Assembly: GCA_951406725.2 (NCBI GenBank)
Contig: OX597821.1
Span: forward strand, 97,526,001-97,590,000
Origin: Octopus vulgaris
Lineage: Eukaryota
Length of the DNA: 64,000 nt
Direction: 5' to 3'
Under the pieces are notes generated by a model that was given only the letters and a program-made list of their open reading frames with translations, was not told the origin of the DNA and did no database searches. Shown one piece after another: positions 49,451 to 63,660 of this stretch; position 1 is the first letter of the stretch; each line of letters opens with the position of its first letter. Position numbers and translations under genes: made by a program.

Positions 49451-49910
49451 ACAAGGAGCGGCTGAAAAGTCCATAGGCTGACCAAGACACATGGAATGTA
49501 ACCAAATGGCCAATGAGGTTATTTCCCAATGTAGGCCCCCTTGAGGTCCACACACTTCTTCCATCAATATTGCAGTGCTGGGATCCCATTGGCAAAGCAG
49601 CTTTCATCCTGTTGGTCAAAAAAAGTTATCAACAGTAGATAGGATACAATCACTATGATATTGGATCACAGCCGAGTGTTTTTTCATGTTGGGGAACGGA
49701 TGATAGTCAGATGAGGCCAATTCAGGAGAATCGGGAAGGTGATCAACCAGGTGAAAACCACAGTTACACACAGCAGCCATTGAAACCAAAGATTTGTGTG
49801 CTATAGCATTATCCTGATAAAACAAGACTCCTTTTGTTTGTTTGCCCGGATGTTTGGTCTTGATGGCCTTTTATAACTACCTCAGCATGTTCGTATAGTA
49901 CATTCCATAC
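49451..49910 (-). mobile_element. Mariner 3' remnant
   Basis: FYQDNAIAH...HLPDSPELASSDYHPFPNMKK. Confidence 0.8.
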
Positions 49911-50645
49911 ATGGTGTGACCCCAGCTGATGAATGTATATTTATATCTTCATGGCCACTATCACTAGATGCCTTTTTATTACCAATCACTTTATGAAGTG
50001 TATAGGATACATTTTATTGTGGCACGAGCTCTAGAAAAATTATGGCCTTGAAAAAACTAAACAATTATTTCTACTCTGTGTTGTCTCTGTTCATCAAATA
50101 CTTTACAGAGAGAGTGTACTGGGTATATTGTATTGTAACTAGCACTAGAAGGGTTGCCTTGTTCTCTACAAGACTAAAGAGTTTTCTCTATGCTACATAA
50201 GCTTTATTCAATCAAGGCAAACATAACCAAGAAGATAAATGGAAGAGTGAATGATGATGGAGAGAGAAGGAAGGGAAAGAAGAAAGTGTATGAGTATGAT
50301 GGAAGACAGAGTGATAGGAGTGTAGGAGAGCGACAAGGAAGAGAGACAGTGATAGGCAGCTACTTGCTGGCTGCTAGTATAGAGAGTAAGTAGAAAAGTA
50401 ACACAAGATGAGAGGAGAAAGTGAGAATAATAGGGCAGTGGGAGAAAGAAAGAGGAAGAGTGATGCATGTTCACTAAGAGTAAGAGAGGTGGAGTAGGGA
50501 GAGAAGCAGAGAGAAAGTTAGAAATTGAAAGAGCAATAAATATGATGAATAGGTAAAGCTGGTGGATGTCAATAAAGGATGACATGGTGAATAGAGAGAG
50601 AGAGAGTGCTGGCTTGCAGTAAATAAAGCTAATAGTAGGAGATAT

Positions 50646-50806
50646 GAGTTCAAATTCCGCCAAGGTCGACTTTGCCTTTCATCCTTTCGGGGTCGATTTA
50701 ATAAGTACCAGTTACGCACTGGGGTCGATGTAATCGACTTAATCCCTTTGTCTGTCCTTGTTTGTCCCTTCTGTGTTTAGCCCCTTGTGGGCAGTAAAGA
50801 AATAGA
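50646..50806 (+). mobile_element. SINE family B, 5'-truncated copy
   Basis: Core and tail identity. Confidence 0.85.
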
Positions 50807-50937
50807 TATGGGGTATGAACAGATACAATGCTATACCATGTTACATGGGTGGAGAGATGGTACAGTGAATAAGAAAAGGGAGTAGAGCAGTGGATACAGT
50901 AGATAGAGACTTAAAAGTAACACACATACATATATAT

Positions 50938-51332
50938 ACTCTTTACTCTTTTACTAGTTTCAGTCATTTGACTGCGGCCATGCTGGAGCACCACCTTTAG
51001 TCGAGCAAATCGACCCCGGGACTTATTCTTTGTAACCCCAGTACTTATTCTATCGGTCTCTTTTGCCAAACGACTAAGTGACGGGGACATAAACACACCA
51101 GCATCAGTTGTCAAGCAATGCTAGGAGGACAAACACAGACACACAAACACACATACATATACATATATACGACGGGCTTCTTTCAGTTTCCGTCAACCAG
51201 ATCCACTCACAAGGCATTGGTCGGCCTGGGGCTATAGCAGAAGACACTTGCCCAAGATGCCACGCAGTGGGACTGAACCTGGAACCATGTGGTTGGTTAG
51301 CAAGCTACTTACCACACAGCCACTCCTGCGCC
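50938..51332 (-). mobile_element. SINE family A copy
   Basis: Identity to 2789-3206. Confidence 0.9.
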
Positions 51333-51821
51333 TCGCCTGGCACCTGTGCAGGTGGCACGTAAAAAGCACCCACTACACTCACGGAGTGGTTGGCGTTAGG
51401 AAGGGCATCCAGCTGTAGAAACACTGCCAGATAAGACTGGAGCCTGGTGCAGCCTTCGGGCTTGCCAGACCCCAGTTGAACCGTCCAACCCATGCTAGCA
51501 TGGAAAGCGGACGTTAAACGATGATGATGATGATAGAGAGTAATAATGTATATATATGTGGGTGAGTTTGTGCGTGTAAGTTGTAGAACAACTTCACAAT
51601 CAATTGCTAGACATCCACACTTTTTTCATTGAAGATTCTATTGGCACTGTGTGATACAAAGCAGAAATTATCTCAGCAAGCTTTGTTGAAATTAAATGAA
51701 ATTTTAAAGAAGGCACTTGAAAATATGGCATACAAAACTTTTGAAGGTGACATGAGCATTGAAATGTATGCAGCCATGCAGATTGACGAAGTCTGATCAA
51801 AATGTATCAGAACTGTTGTTA

Positions 51822-52206
51822 TAGGCGCAGGCATAGCTGTGCAGTAAGAAGTTTGCTTCCCAATTACATGGTTCCAGGTTCAGTCCCACTGCATGGCACC
51901 TTGGACAAGTGTCTTCTACTAAAGCCTCAGACCAACCAAACCCTTGTGAGTGGATTTTGTAGATGGAAACCGAAAGAAGATTGTTTGTGTGTGTGTGTGT
52001 GTCTTTGTGCTTGCGTCTTTGTGTCTGTGTTTGTCTCACCCACGTCACTTGATAACTGGGATTGGTGTGTTTACATCCTCATAACTTAAAAGTTTGGTAA
52101 AAAGAGACTGATTGAATAAGTACCAGGCTTTCAAAGACGAAATAAGTACTAGGGCTGCTCCAGCATGGCTGCAATCAAATGGCTGAAACAAGTAAAAGAA
52201 TAAAAG
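51822..52206 (+). mobile_element. SINE family A, diverged copy
   Basis: Same architecture with more substitutions. Confidence 0.8.
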
Positions 52207-52329
52207 GACAGTAACTGAACTAAAACATGCAAAGAGAAGCCATTTGATGTATATTGACCTTGGACTCAATCATGCTTGCACACTGAGTTATAATGTTCTT
52301 ACTTACTTCTATTATTTATGGCAGTGCTT

Positions 52330-52727
52330 GGAAATAAAGTGTGTAGAGTGTGGTCATCTAAAAAAAAGAAAAAAAGACAAATTTCAGCTGTGCAGGATCT
52401 CCTTAATTGTGTCGAAGAAGATGAAAACATTTTGAAACTGGTCATAACAGGTGATGACTTGTGGGTCTATGGCTATGACCCTGAAACCAAAGCTCAGTTT
52501 TCACAGTTGTGGACTCTCAACAAGATTTCAAAATGTTGAGGAAATCCAAGAGAATGTGATAATGCAGTTCAGTTCCAGGAATGCTTCCATCATTGGTAAA
52601 CGATGCTGGATAAAGATAAAGTTTCAGATGGGAACTCCTTTGAAGGAGATTAAATGCTGAATTGATATGTGATATAGTTTTCTTTTTATAACACCAGTCC
52701 CCATACTTTTTTGATCAGACCTCGTAT
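52330..52727 (+). mobile_element. Mariner remnant
   Basis: LKLVITGDDLWVYGYDPETKAQ. TIR-like end ccatacttttttgatcagacctcgta. Confidence 0.75.
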
Positions 52728-52902
52728 ACACACACACAAAGGTCAGAATAGGTAACATATCAGGCAAAATGCTTAGCAGCATTTTGCCCGCCATGTTACC
52801 TATTGTGGAGGCCTTAAGACAAAATAGAATACTGGATTCAAATTTTGATACAAGGCCAGCAACTTCAAGGGAGACCTCAATACTCAACTGGTATTTATTT
52901 TA

Positions 52903-53088
52903 TTTCGTCTGCCGCTACATTCTGAGTTCAAATTCCACCAAGGTCGACTTTGCCTTTCATCCTTTCAGGGTCGATAAATTAAGTACCAGTTACACACTGG
53001 GGTCGATGTAATCGACTTAATCCATTTGTCTGTCCTTGTTTGTCTCCTCTGTGTTTAGCCCCTTGTGGGCAGTAAAGAAATAGGTATT
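52903..53088 (+). mobile_element. SINE family B, 5'-truncated copy
   Basis: Core and tail identity. Confidence 0.85.
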
Positions 53089-53353
53089 TATCTTATCAGC
53101 CCTGAAAGGATGAAAAGTAAAGTCAGCATTGGAAGAATTTGAACTCAAAGCTTAAAGACGGACGAAATGCTGCTAAGCATTTTACCCAGTGTGCTTATGA
53201 TTCAGCCACTTCATCACCTTCAGACAAAATAAAATATTAAAAGGATTTACATATATTTCAGGAAGTATAATAAAATAGATTAATCAATTAATAAACTATA
53301 GTTGCAAAAGTTTCTCCATGTTGAAAAAAAGATATGGAGTACAGCTTTTCATT

Positions 53354-53920
53354 TATTGGGTTGTCTGGAAAGTTTGTGCCGATTTATAGTAGCTTACCTT
53401 TCGACTTATTTTAGAACATGGTTGAGTCCATAAAATAGGATTTGACTACACCTCCATTTAGAGTATATTTTAAGCTATTTTTTCATGAAAGAAGGTTTAT
53501 GTTCCTATAACCTGTGTTAATTCTGTAACTCTTTAAATGGAAGATAAGAAAGTTCATTTTCAGCACTTGATGCTTTAGGAACCAGACACAAATTGCTGCA
53601 GCTCGGCTGGGATGTGTTACCCCACCCTCCATATTCACCAGATATTGCTCTTTCAGATTTCCACTTATTCAGGTCTATGCAGAATAGTCTTAATGGTAAA
53701 AATTTCAATTCCTTGGATGATGTAAAAAGATACCTTGATGAATTCTTTGCTATGAAACCACCTCAGTTCTGGGAAGAGGATATTTTCAAGTTAAAGGAAA
53801 GATGGAGACACATTATGCAACAAAATGGTTCATATTTGGTTGATTAAAAATGTAATGGCAAGTATTTATTGACCTTTTACCTTCCTTTAAAAATCGGCAT
53901 GAACTTTCCGGACAACCCTA
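53354..53920 (+). mobile_element. Second copy of the same deleted mariner
   Basis: Colinear with 15705-16277, same TIRs and deletion junction. Confidence 0.92.
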
Positions 53921-54273
53921 CACAATGGTGATAAAAAGCATTTTGTTTCAAAATAGACAAGACAAACTAGGATCAATTTGTCTTTTAGCAATGTATTGGT
54001 GTTAGATAGCAGAATCAGTAGAGTGTTGGGCACATTACTTATATAATATTGATTTCAGATCATGGCACATGCTCGGCAAGTTTGTGGGAGGGGTAAGTCA
54101 ATTATGTTGACCCCAGTACTCAAAGGGAACTTATTTTATCAACCCTGAAAGGACGAAAGCTAAGTTAACCTTGGTAGAATTTGAACTGTGATCATAAGGA
54201 TAGGCAAAATGTCACTGAGCACTTTGCCCTGTGCGCTAACAATTCTATCAGCTCACCACCTTATAAAATTACC

Positions 54274-54505
54274 GGGGGTGAGCTGGCAGAAACGTTAGCA
54301 CGCCGGGCGAAATGCTTAGCGGTACTTCGTCTGTTGTTACGTTGTGAGTTCAAATTCCACCGAGGTCAACTTTACCTTTCATCCTTTCGGGGTCGATTAA
54401 ACAAGTACCAGTTACGCACTGGGGTTGATGTAATCGACTTGATCCCCTTGTCTGTCCTTGTTTGTCCCCTCTATGTTTAGCTCCCTTGAAGGCAATAAAG
54501 AAATA
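54274..54505 (+). mobile_element. SINE family B copy
   Basis: Identity to the 10709 copy. Confidence 0.85.
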
Positions 54506-55736
54506 AATATTAAGTTACTGTCTCTTTCAGTGTTGTTTCAAATCCTATGAAGTCAGGTCAACTTTGTTTTTTGTTTTTTTTCAGAAGTCAAAATAAGTGC
54601 CTGTCAAGCGCAATGATTGAAACATGTTAAAGCATAAAAGATAAAAGAGTATAATAGATAACAACAGCAATCAGTCATCATTCAAGACTTAATCACTGAG
54701 ATAAATTATTCCCAATTACATATGTTTGTTCTCAGAATAACTTAGTTATTATTTTTATCATCTATCATTTTTTTTTTTAATCAAAAATTTTACCACAATC
54801 TATTACAGCAAATATTGACTTTATTATCCATACTCATACCACGTTAGTTCTTTCTCTTGGTTGAAATCATCATTATCACCAACATCATCATCGTCACCAT
54901 CATCATCGTCGTCGTCTTTATCGTCGTCGTCATCGTCATCATCATCATTATCATCACACTGATGAGAACAACACCACTACCATCATCATCATTTAATGTT
55001 TGTCTTTCCATGCAGACATGTGTTTAGATGGTTTAACAGAATCTGATGAGTTGGAGGACGGCATCGAATTCCAATGTCTCTTTTAGCATGGTTTCTACTC
55101 GTGGATGTCCTTCCTAATGCCAACCACTTTACAAAGTTCACTGAGTGCTCTTTTTTTTTTGTGGTACTGGCATGAATGAGGTAGCCAATCATCATCATCA
55201 TCATCATCATCATCCTTTTCTTTTAACGTCTGTTCTTCATGCTAGCATGGGTTGGACGGTTCGACCAGGGATCTGGGAAGCCAGAAGGCTGCACCAGGCT
55301 CCACTCTGATCTGGCAGAGTTTCTACAGCTGGATGCCCTTCCTAATGCCAACCACTCCGTGAGTGTAGTGGGTGCTTTTTACGTGCCAGGCGAGGCTGGC
55401 AACGGCCACGATCAGATTGGTGCATTTTTACGTGTCACCAGCACGGAAGCCAGTCACGATTCAGATGGTGCTTTTTATGTGCCGACTCATAAAATAAATG
55501 TGTGTATGTATGTGTGTGCATGCATGTGCACGTGTGTGTGTGTGTGGGTGCATGTATATGTGTATGTATGTGTGTGTGCATGTATATATATATATATATA
55601 TTTATATACACACATATACACACACATATACATGTTCACATGTATATATATATATATATAAAGAGAGGGAAAGTGAGAGAGAGATGTATACATTTATGCA
55701 CACATATACATATACATATGTGTGTGTACACATATA

Positions 55737-55768
<32 letters not shown>

Positions 55769-55883
55769 AATAATAAGGAGGAAAATTGAATATGTATATA
55801 TATGTATATATATCTATATCTATCTATCTATATATATATATATATATATAGATAGATAGATCGATAAATATACATAAATGTAT

Positions 55884-55914
<31 letters not shown>

Positions 55915-55916
<2 letters not shown>

Positions 55917-56213
55917 GGTACAGAAGTGGCTGTGTCGTAAGTAGCTTGCTTACCAATCAAATGGTTCCAGGTTCAGTCCCACTACATAGCATATTGTGAG
56001 TGGATTTGGTAGACAGAAACTGAAAGAAGCTCATCGTATGTGTGTGTGTGTTTGTCCCCACCACCATTGTTTGACAACCGATGCTGGTGTGTTTACGTCC
56101 CCATAACCTAGTGGGCTGGCAAAAGGGACTGATAGAATAAGTACTAGGCTTACAAAGTTGATTTACTCAACTAAAGGCAGTGCTGCAGCATGGCCACTGA
56201 AACAAATAAAAGA
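55915..56213 (+). mobile_element. SINE family A, internally deleted copy
   Basis: Head and tail match family A. Confidence 0.8.
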
Positions 56214-56264
56214 ATATATATATATATAAATATAATATAAATAATATATATATATACCTATATA

Positions 56265-56308
<44 letters not shown>

Positions 56309-57134
56309 TATATAGGTACAGGACATCACCAACTGTGTAAACGACATGAAATATGAAAACAAATGTATTAATTATGCAAACAATGAGAAAAATATTGGAA
56401 AACAGGACAAGTAAATATAGAGAACAACCCTTCATCATTTGTCAGCTGTCTATCTTCTCTTCATTTCAAACATTCAATGACAATATGAATCTTCAAAGAC
56501 AATTGCTCCCATAAATTCTAAAATCAAATTTAGGATTTATGGAGAGTCAAATTTGGAAACCAAAACAGGGCAGTGGTAACAAACAAGGAAACTGAATGAA
56601 AACAAACATGGGGGGGGGGGTCGTTAGATCAAAACAAGAGGAAAACAGTGAATGCTGGGAGAAATATTTTATTTGAAAAGAGAAAAAGATAGAAGAGAGA
56701 GAAAGAAAATATCCAGTCCTTTGAACATCCATGCAGGAAAAGAAAGATGGTCATGTGAGGAAGAAAAAGATGGACTATGGTCGTCTGTGAGCAACAAGAG
56801 AGAAAAAGAGAAAGAGGGGCAGAGAGAGACAGATAGAAAATAGTGAAAGAGGGAGGAGGAAAAAAAGGGGATTAGAGAAGAATGGAGGAAGAAAGCAGTA
56901 TACAGTAGAGTCGCATCAAAAAGGTTAAGATAAACTAACTTGGAAATGGATGCGTGGCATTCAAATAAATAAATATAATCATCATCATCATCATCATCAT
57001 TTATATATATGTGTGAGTTTGTGTCTGTGTGTGTGTGTGTATATATATATATGCATACATGGGTACAGGACGTTACCAACTGTGTAAATGACATGAAATA
57101 TGAAAACAAACAAGTTTATATATATATATATAAA

Positions 57135-57342
57135 GGTAATCCAAACATGAAAACACAAAGAGAAAACACAACAACCCGAGGACGTGGAACAAGTATAGTA
57201 TTATTGGACACTCAGGAAAAAAGGAAAGAAGGAGGGTTTAATGTTTCGAGTGGAGCTCTTTGTCAGAAACATAGGAAAAGGAAAGATCCAAAGAAGGGAA
57301 GACGGAGGAAAAAAAAGCGCCAATGGTACACACTCGGTCACC
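57135..57342 (-). mobile_element. Same pLTR-like repeat with hammerhead remnant (57236-57270)
   Basis: High identity to 1007-1181. Core reads CTGACAA...GAAACATT. Confidence 0.6.
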
Positions 57343-57600
57343 ACCATGCCAAAATAGCAGTCAAACCCTGACTCTAAAAACCACCTAAACTGTTTATATT
57401 GCACCATGAACATTTTAGGTATGAACATTACTTTCGAGACAGCACTTCTTGATACACCAAACATTTCAGCTGTTTTCATTACACTGGTGCCAGCCATATG
57501 AGCGCCAACAATTTAACCTCTTTGAAAGTCCAAGAGATCTGTCATTTTAATGAATTTTAATTACCTTTTTCTGATGATATCTGAAAAGAAACAGCAATAG
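57343..57600 (-). mobile_element. Tc1-like transposase N-terminal remnant
   Basis: DFQRG.IVGAHMAGTSVMKTAEMFGVSRSAVSKVM. Confidence 0.7.
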
Positions 57601-57714
57601 AGATTAAGATTAATGTAAAAAATAAATAACGCTGAAGAAAATTAACACCAAATATATAGTGTGTGTTTTTATTGGCTAAACTGGCAAAATAATCATTCCT
57701 AAATACAACAATAA

Positions 57715-57772
<58 letters not shown>

Positions 57773-58903
57773 GTGTGTGTGTGTCCATTATGATCTGAAT
57801 AAGTTCATAGATGAAGTCACTGCCCTCTATCTATGAACTGAGTAGTATAATAGATCAGAACATAGATGACTCATTATGCTGTAAATGAAAAGGAAGACAA
57901 GTGTTTGAGATATAATTCATGAATGGCTAATGCAAAGTAGAAGTGGCCAGAGTATTTAGCCAGAACATAGGGCAATAAATGTAAGGAAAGAACCATGGAC
58001 TGGATTGTACAAGAGAGATTGAGAATGATGGGTATACAGAATAGATGAAGGAACAACATAGAAGAATGCATGAAAGCAACAAGAGCTAGTCTTAGACTGA
58101 TTCAAACTTGAATCAAAGAAGAATATATCTAAGCTATGTGCTTAGCCAAGAGGCTCAATAAAGCAATATGCTGCTGGCCAAGCAAAACTTGAACTCATCT
58201 ACTATGGAAATGAGCCTAATAGCTGTATTCTCTTGTCACACTTCCCCACTACTAATCCTCTATAAATGTCTAAAGCAGAACATCCACCAATCCCATTGCC
58301 TGACTGGTAGAGGGTTGTGAGTACCTGACGACATTCTAAGTGCCCGGTGTCCAGTCTTGGTCTTTTTTTCACTTAGGACTGCAGTTCTGTCAAGGAGAAG
58401 AGCTGTGGAAAGACAGGCCTCACAAACGGAGCCCACACATGCTCACCATCCAGAAATCTTTGTAGGTAGCGTAACCTAAGAGTTGTCTGTGCAAAGTTGA
58501 TTCAGCTACCTTGTCTGATGCATTATCATTAATGAAGGGACTTCCTAGAGTCCTTTTTTTAAAAGTTCTAGGTATGTGTTTTTATCAGTTTTTATCAGCT
58601 GTCTGTCATGGGGAGTTTTCAACAGAAATACATTGTATAAATATTTCTGTTTTTCCCTACTTCCCGCATCAGCTCATTGTTGCACTTGTGAGCAACTGTG
58701 AAGTTGATGAGACGTTTGGATTCTGTAGTAAGTTGTATGAGTTGTTCTGGTGATTAGTGTTTCTCTTCATGTATTTGTTTCTGTGTTGGTGCTTTTTGTA
58801 GGTGTGGTTGTGGTTGAATGAGTGTGCGTTGCTTTTGTTGTTGGAATTTGGGTGACTGTGTCAGTGTTATTGTTAGTGTAGCTGGTAGAATAATTATAAT
58901 ACT

Positions 58904-59366
58904 CAGCCAGACATAATTATTAAAGACAGGGAAGAAAATACTTGTGGACTAATCGATGTAAGTGTTCCCTCTGATGAAAATATATCTGTAAAGGAATTTG
59001 ATATATTAAGTAATTATAAGGACCTGGAAATTGAAATACAAAAGATGTGGCATTTTAAAGTGAGAACTGTTCCCTTTATTGTAGGTGCTCGGGGTATGAT
59101 AAAAAAGGGATGTCAGAAACATCTAGACAACACCCCAGGAGAACCATGTCTCAGAGTAATCCAAAAGTACTGCCCACATCCTTAGAAAAACCCTCTCAAT
59201 TTAAATGTCTGTGTTGGATTACATGATGATATTTTGCTACAGTCCCTGCAACTTCCTCTCCCCAAGCTTTCAGTCATATTGTAACATCACTTATTCTTCA
59301 CTTGCCCTAGGAGGCTGGGTGCGTCTTGGTAAGTGATTGTAACAAACATGCAGATTTAATAATAAC
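58904..59366 (+). mobile_element. R4/Dong-clade 3' end with restriction-like endonuclease
   Basis: PDIIIKDREENTCGLIDVSVPSDENISVKE...YKDLEIEIQKMWHFKVRTVPFIVGARG. (TAA)n tail. Confidence 0.85.
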
Positions 59367-60056
59367 AGTATCATATTCAGATACAAGGCTAGAAGTTTTG
59401 AGGAGAGGGGATTAGTCAATTACATTGATCATAGTACCATAATGGTATTTTATTTAATCAACTCAAGGTGGAAGAAAGGCAAAATTAACCTCAGCAGAAT
59501 TTGAACTCAGAATGTAAAGATTTAGAAGAAATACTACAACGCATTTCCTCAAAGCTCTAACGATTCTACCAGCAACAACAACAATAGAATAATAATAATT
59601 ATCAGTATTATTAATGTCCCAGTGCTTGATAAAGCAATGTGCTTACAGATTGGCCAATCCCAGATGACAAATGCACTACACATATATACATATATACACA
59701 ACCACTTATACTGACACACACACACTCACACACACACACCCACACATTGTCATTTCATCATATATACATATATATATATATGAATGTAGGTATACATGCA
59801 CACATCTATTTATACATATATATATATCACTTCTTTATCTCTCGTTTGTTCACTCAAATACATTCAGCTACTTTATGAGGTATGTGGATATGATGCTGTT
59901 GTATGTCTGTAACTGTATTGTATGATACTATCATATAATACCTCTGTACGTACTGGTATATAGTACCATTGTATGTATACAATATTACGTTATAACTAAT
60001 GCATGTATATGATATATATATAAGTATTTAAAAATATATATATATATACATATATA

Positions 60057-60268
60057 GTTAATCCAAACAAGAAAGCACAAAAAACACAACAACGCGAGGA
60101 CGTGGAACAAATATAGTATTACTGGACGCTCAGGAAGGAAGGGAAGAAGGAGGGTTTACCCTTTTGAGCGGAGCTCTTCGTCGGAAACATAGGAGAAGGA
60201 AAGATCCAGAGAAGGGAAGACAGGGGAAACAAAAAAGTCGCCAACGGTACACACGCGGTCACATTTTG
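60057..60268 (-). mobile_element. Same pLTR-like repeat with hammerhead remnant (60154-60188)
   Basis: High identity to 1007-1181. Preceded by (TA)n. Confidence 0.6.
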
Positions 60269-60319
60269 AATATAAATATTGCATTCTATTTTTCTGTGGA
60301 AACTTTGTGTTGATCTTAG

Positions 60320-60604
60320 GTACTCCATGGTACCATCTTTTTTTATTGCTTGTGTGTAAAACTTTATATAATGCATTGTACCATCTCTTTAGTCCTGCTG
60401 CTGACCACAGTCACCAGCAATGTCCTTACATTGGAACCAGATATAAATTACTCAAAACTGGACAATATGCTGGACGATTTCCGCATAGAACTCAAAAATT
60501 TTATGCAGAATACCTTTAACAGACGTTGGCTGTCAGAGACACAACACAGTTACAACACCAGTGAGAACGCATATGACATCGTGCTCAGACTAAATGCAAC
60601 ATTG
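60320..60604 (+). CDS. N-terminal coding exon of a secreted/membrane protein, probably CACHD1-like / alpha2delta (VWA-cache) family
   Basis: Acceptor gatcttag, donor TTG|gtaagg, 285 nt open in phase 0-0. ATG at 60371 starts a signal peptide (MHCTISLVLLLTTVTS). It is followed by helical LDNMLDDFRIELKNFMQNTFN...ENAYDIVLRLNATL with N-glycosylation sequons. The family assignment is by-eye resemblance only. Confidence 0.6.
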
Positions 60605-60650
60605 GTAAGGGCTTTTTGTCTTCTTCTGCTTCTTCCTCTTCCTCTTCTTC

Positions 60651-60710
<60 letters not shown>
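60651..60710. repeat. (CAT)n microsatellite
   Basis: Direct observation. Confidence 0.95.
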
Positions 60711-60713
<3 letters not shown>

Positions 60714-61361
60714 TGCTGCCAAGGTTGACTTTACCTGTCATCTTTTTGGGGTTGATAAAATAAGTACCAGTTGAGTACTAGGGGTGATGTAATTAACTTA
60801 TTCCCTTGCCCGAAATCGTTGGCCTTATGCCAAAATTTGAAACCGTTATTTTCATCATCATCATCATTATCATCTATTTATTAATGCACAATTATTATTA
60901 TTATCTTTATTGGTGTTCTTACTCATTTACTTGAAATAATTTCATCCGTCCTCCATCCCTGTTTATAACTTTTTTGTTTTGTAGTTCTGTTGTATTATGC
61001 CTCTGGTACATATGTCTGCATGTATATATGTGTATATGTATCTATGTATGCATGTATGTATGTATGTATGCATGTATGCATGCATATATGCATCTATGTA
61101 TACATGCATGTACGTATGTATAGTTCGGTTAAGGTTATCACTTGCAATTGAGGATGACTTTTGTAGTATATAAAATGCATTTGCTAACTGTTTTAAGTGC
61201 TTGTATAGCTACAAGCAGACATAGACATAAATGGTTAAAGCTTATCTCAGGAAGCTGACACTCAGAAAGATGAGAAAGGAACACAAGTGGTTAGACACTG
61301 TACTGTAGAGAATCCATTCAACTATGCAAGCATAGAAAAATGATAATGTTAATAATGATGT

Positions 61362-61409
<48 letters not shown>

Positions 61410-61477
61410 CGATGATATATATGGATATGTATGTATGTATGTATGTATGTGTGTGTATATATATATATATATATATA

Positions 61478-61612
61478 GGGGGAGAATTCACAAAAAAAAA
61501 AAAAAACGAAAACAGGTGGTGTAGACTATAAACAGATATATTGGTATAACACTCAGGAAGTGAAAAAGTCTTTGACATTTCGAGCCTGCGCTCTTCCACA
61601 GAAAGGAACACA
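61478..61612 (-). mobile_element. Related pLTR-like repeat with a minimal hammerhead-like motif (61570-61605)
   Basis: Minus strand cttt-CTGTGGA-a-gagc/gcag/gctc-GAAATGTC-aaag. Abuts (TA)n. Confidence 0.5.
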
Positions 61613-62173
61613 AAGACTATAAGTGAAGCTACTTGCCTAAGGTGCCATGCTGAACCAGAAATCATATGGTTGGGAAGTAAATTTCTTCCCACAAAGCTAT
61701 GCCTGGAGGATGTTTATCATGCAATTCAGGAAATAGTTAGGAACAAGGAAACAAATCAAGCACAGTCAGGCGGTATTTTTGTAATTAAGTGTTGTTTATA
61801 TTGGGTCATAAGGACTTTACCATTGTTTAATTTGATTGATTAATTTTCACTATTTACTGAAAAATTGTTTATTAACAAAATACAAGGAAGAAAGTGAACA
61901 CGACACATTGAAATACTCCTTCCTAAACTATGACTCATGGTTTCTTCATCCCACTCCTTCTTAAAGTCACCAGTCTAGGAACCTCTGCAAAGGACTCCTG
62001 AGTGCTACTTTTTTTTTACTCAGGATTAAAACCATGGATAATATCATGTATAATAGATGAAGGCATAGATAAGCACAGGCGTGGGTGTATTGTTTAAAGT
62101 TTGACTCCCAATCATATGGCTTCTTACCATACAGCCATACCTATACCTATGACAAATGTAGATAGATAGATAA

Positions 62174-62216
<43 letters not shown>

Positions 62217-62308
62217 CATACATACATACATTCATACATACATACATACATACATACATAGAGAGATATCCTAAATATTTCAATGTACATGCATGTGTGT
62301 ATACACAC

Positions 62309-62339
<31 letters not shown>

Positions 62340-62342
<3 letters not shown>

Positions 62343-63550
62343 GGGGTGTTCATTAAAGATTTCCCCTGACCCACTTCCCAAGGACTGGAATAAACGAAAC
62401 TTGGCATAATTATTAGCTTTTCTCGTCATAGCCACCTCCGGTGGTGGCACACTTTTTCCATCACTTTATGCAGCTGTGAAGACCTCCTCTGTAGAAGTCA
62501 GTAGGTTGCGTCTGGAGCCAAGATTTTACCTCGGAAACAAGTTAATCATCATCCAAAAACGTGCTTCCCTTTCAAAAAAGACTTCATGGTTGGAAAGAGT
62601 GGAAGCCAGATGGTGCAAGGTTGGGAGAATAAGGGGGATGAGGAAGAATTTCACAGTCACTGGAGTGTGCTTTCATCTGGGCAACATGCCACACCTCTCT
62701 GCTTTGATGGCATCCCACAATTTCTGCAGCAGAGAAGCATAATATGTCCCGTTAATTGTGATGCCCTTTGCCAGAAAATCCATCATCACTACTCTGCACT
62801 GGTCCCAAAACACTTGTGAGCATCACCTTGCCTACTGAGGGTTGGACATGAACCTTCTTTGGAGGTAGTGAGTTACCATGCTTCCATTGGTTTCAGGATC
62901 ATAGTGATGGACCCATGTTTCATTCTATGCTGAAAAAATACTCCTTGCTTTCTTAGTACATTGCCAAAAGAGCCTGGGAGCAATTGATTCATTCCTGCTT
63001 TTGAAAAGGCGTGAATTTCCAGGGAACCCATCGTGCAGACAACTTCCACATGGGCAAATGATTGTGAATGATATTTTCCATGGACCCTACACTTATCTTC
63101 ATTTCTTGGGCTAGTTGTCCAATAGCTATGCAACTATCCTCCAAAATGACAGCTTCCACTTTATGGATGGTGTCATCACTAATGGCAGAATGTGATCCTC
63201 CAGGAATAGGGGCAGTTTCCACTGATGTTCGACCACATTTGAACTGGCAGTGCCAGTGCTTGACTACATCATATGATGGTGCATCATCACCATAAACTTC
63301 TTTCATCTCATCAAAAGTCTCTTTTGGTGTATGACTTTTCAAGTATAAGAACCTGATCACTGAGCTGCATTCAACTGCTGCCATTGTAACACCTTAGTCG
63401 ACTTCAGCATCCGTAAAAGACAAGCAAATACTAGTGGAAAGCTGCAATTTAGAATGTGACATGTAGAGACATGTATGAATATACCTGTACAAGTTCTGTT
63501 TCCTGCAATAACTGGAAGTGGGTCAGGGGAAATCTTTAATGAACACCCCA
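62340..63550 (-). mobile_element. Near full-length decayed mariner
   Basis: TIRs ggggtgttcattaaagatttcccctgacccacttcc / ggaagtgggtcaggggaaatctttaatgaacacccc. N-terminal ORF VIRFLYLK...KLSARWVP. Confidence 0.92.
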
Positions 63551-63623
63551 TGTGTGTGTGTGTGTGTATATGTATGTATGAATGTATGTATGTATGTATG
63601 TATGTATATATATATATATGTAT

Positions 63624-63660
<37 letters not shown>

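Noticed and set aside
55044-55075. CTGATGA motif
   Set aside because: No GAAA or closing stems; it is part of a decayed RTE tail.
60605-60763. Poly-His extension of the 60350 ORF
   Set aside because: Intronic (CAT)n downstream of the gtaagg donor.
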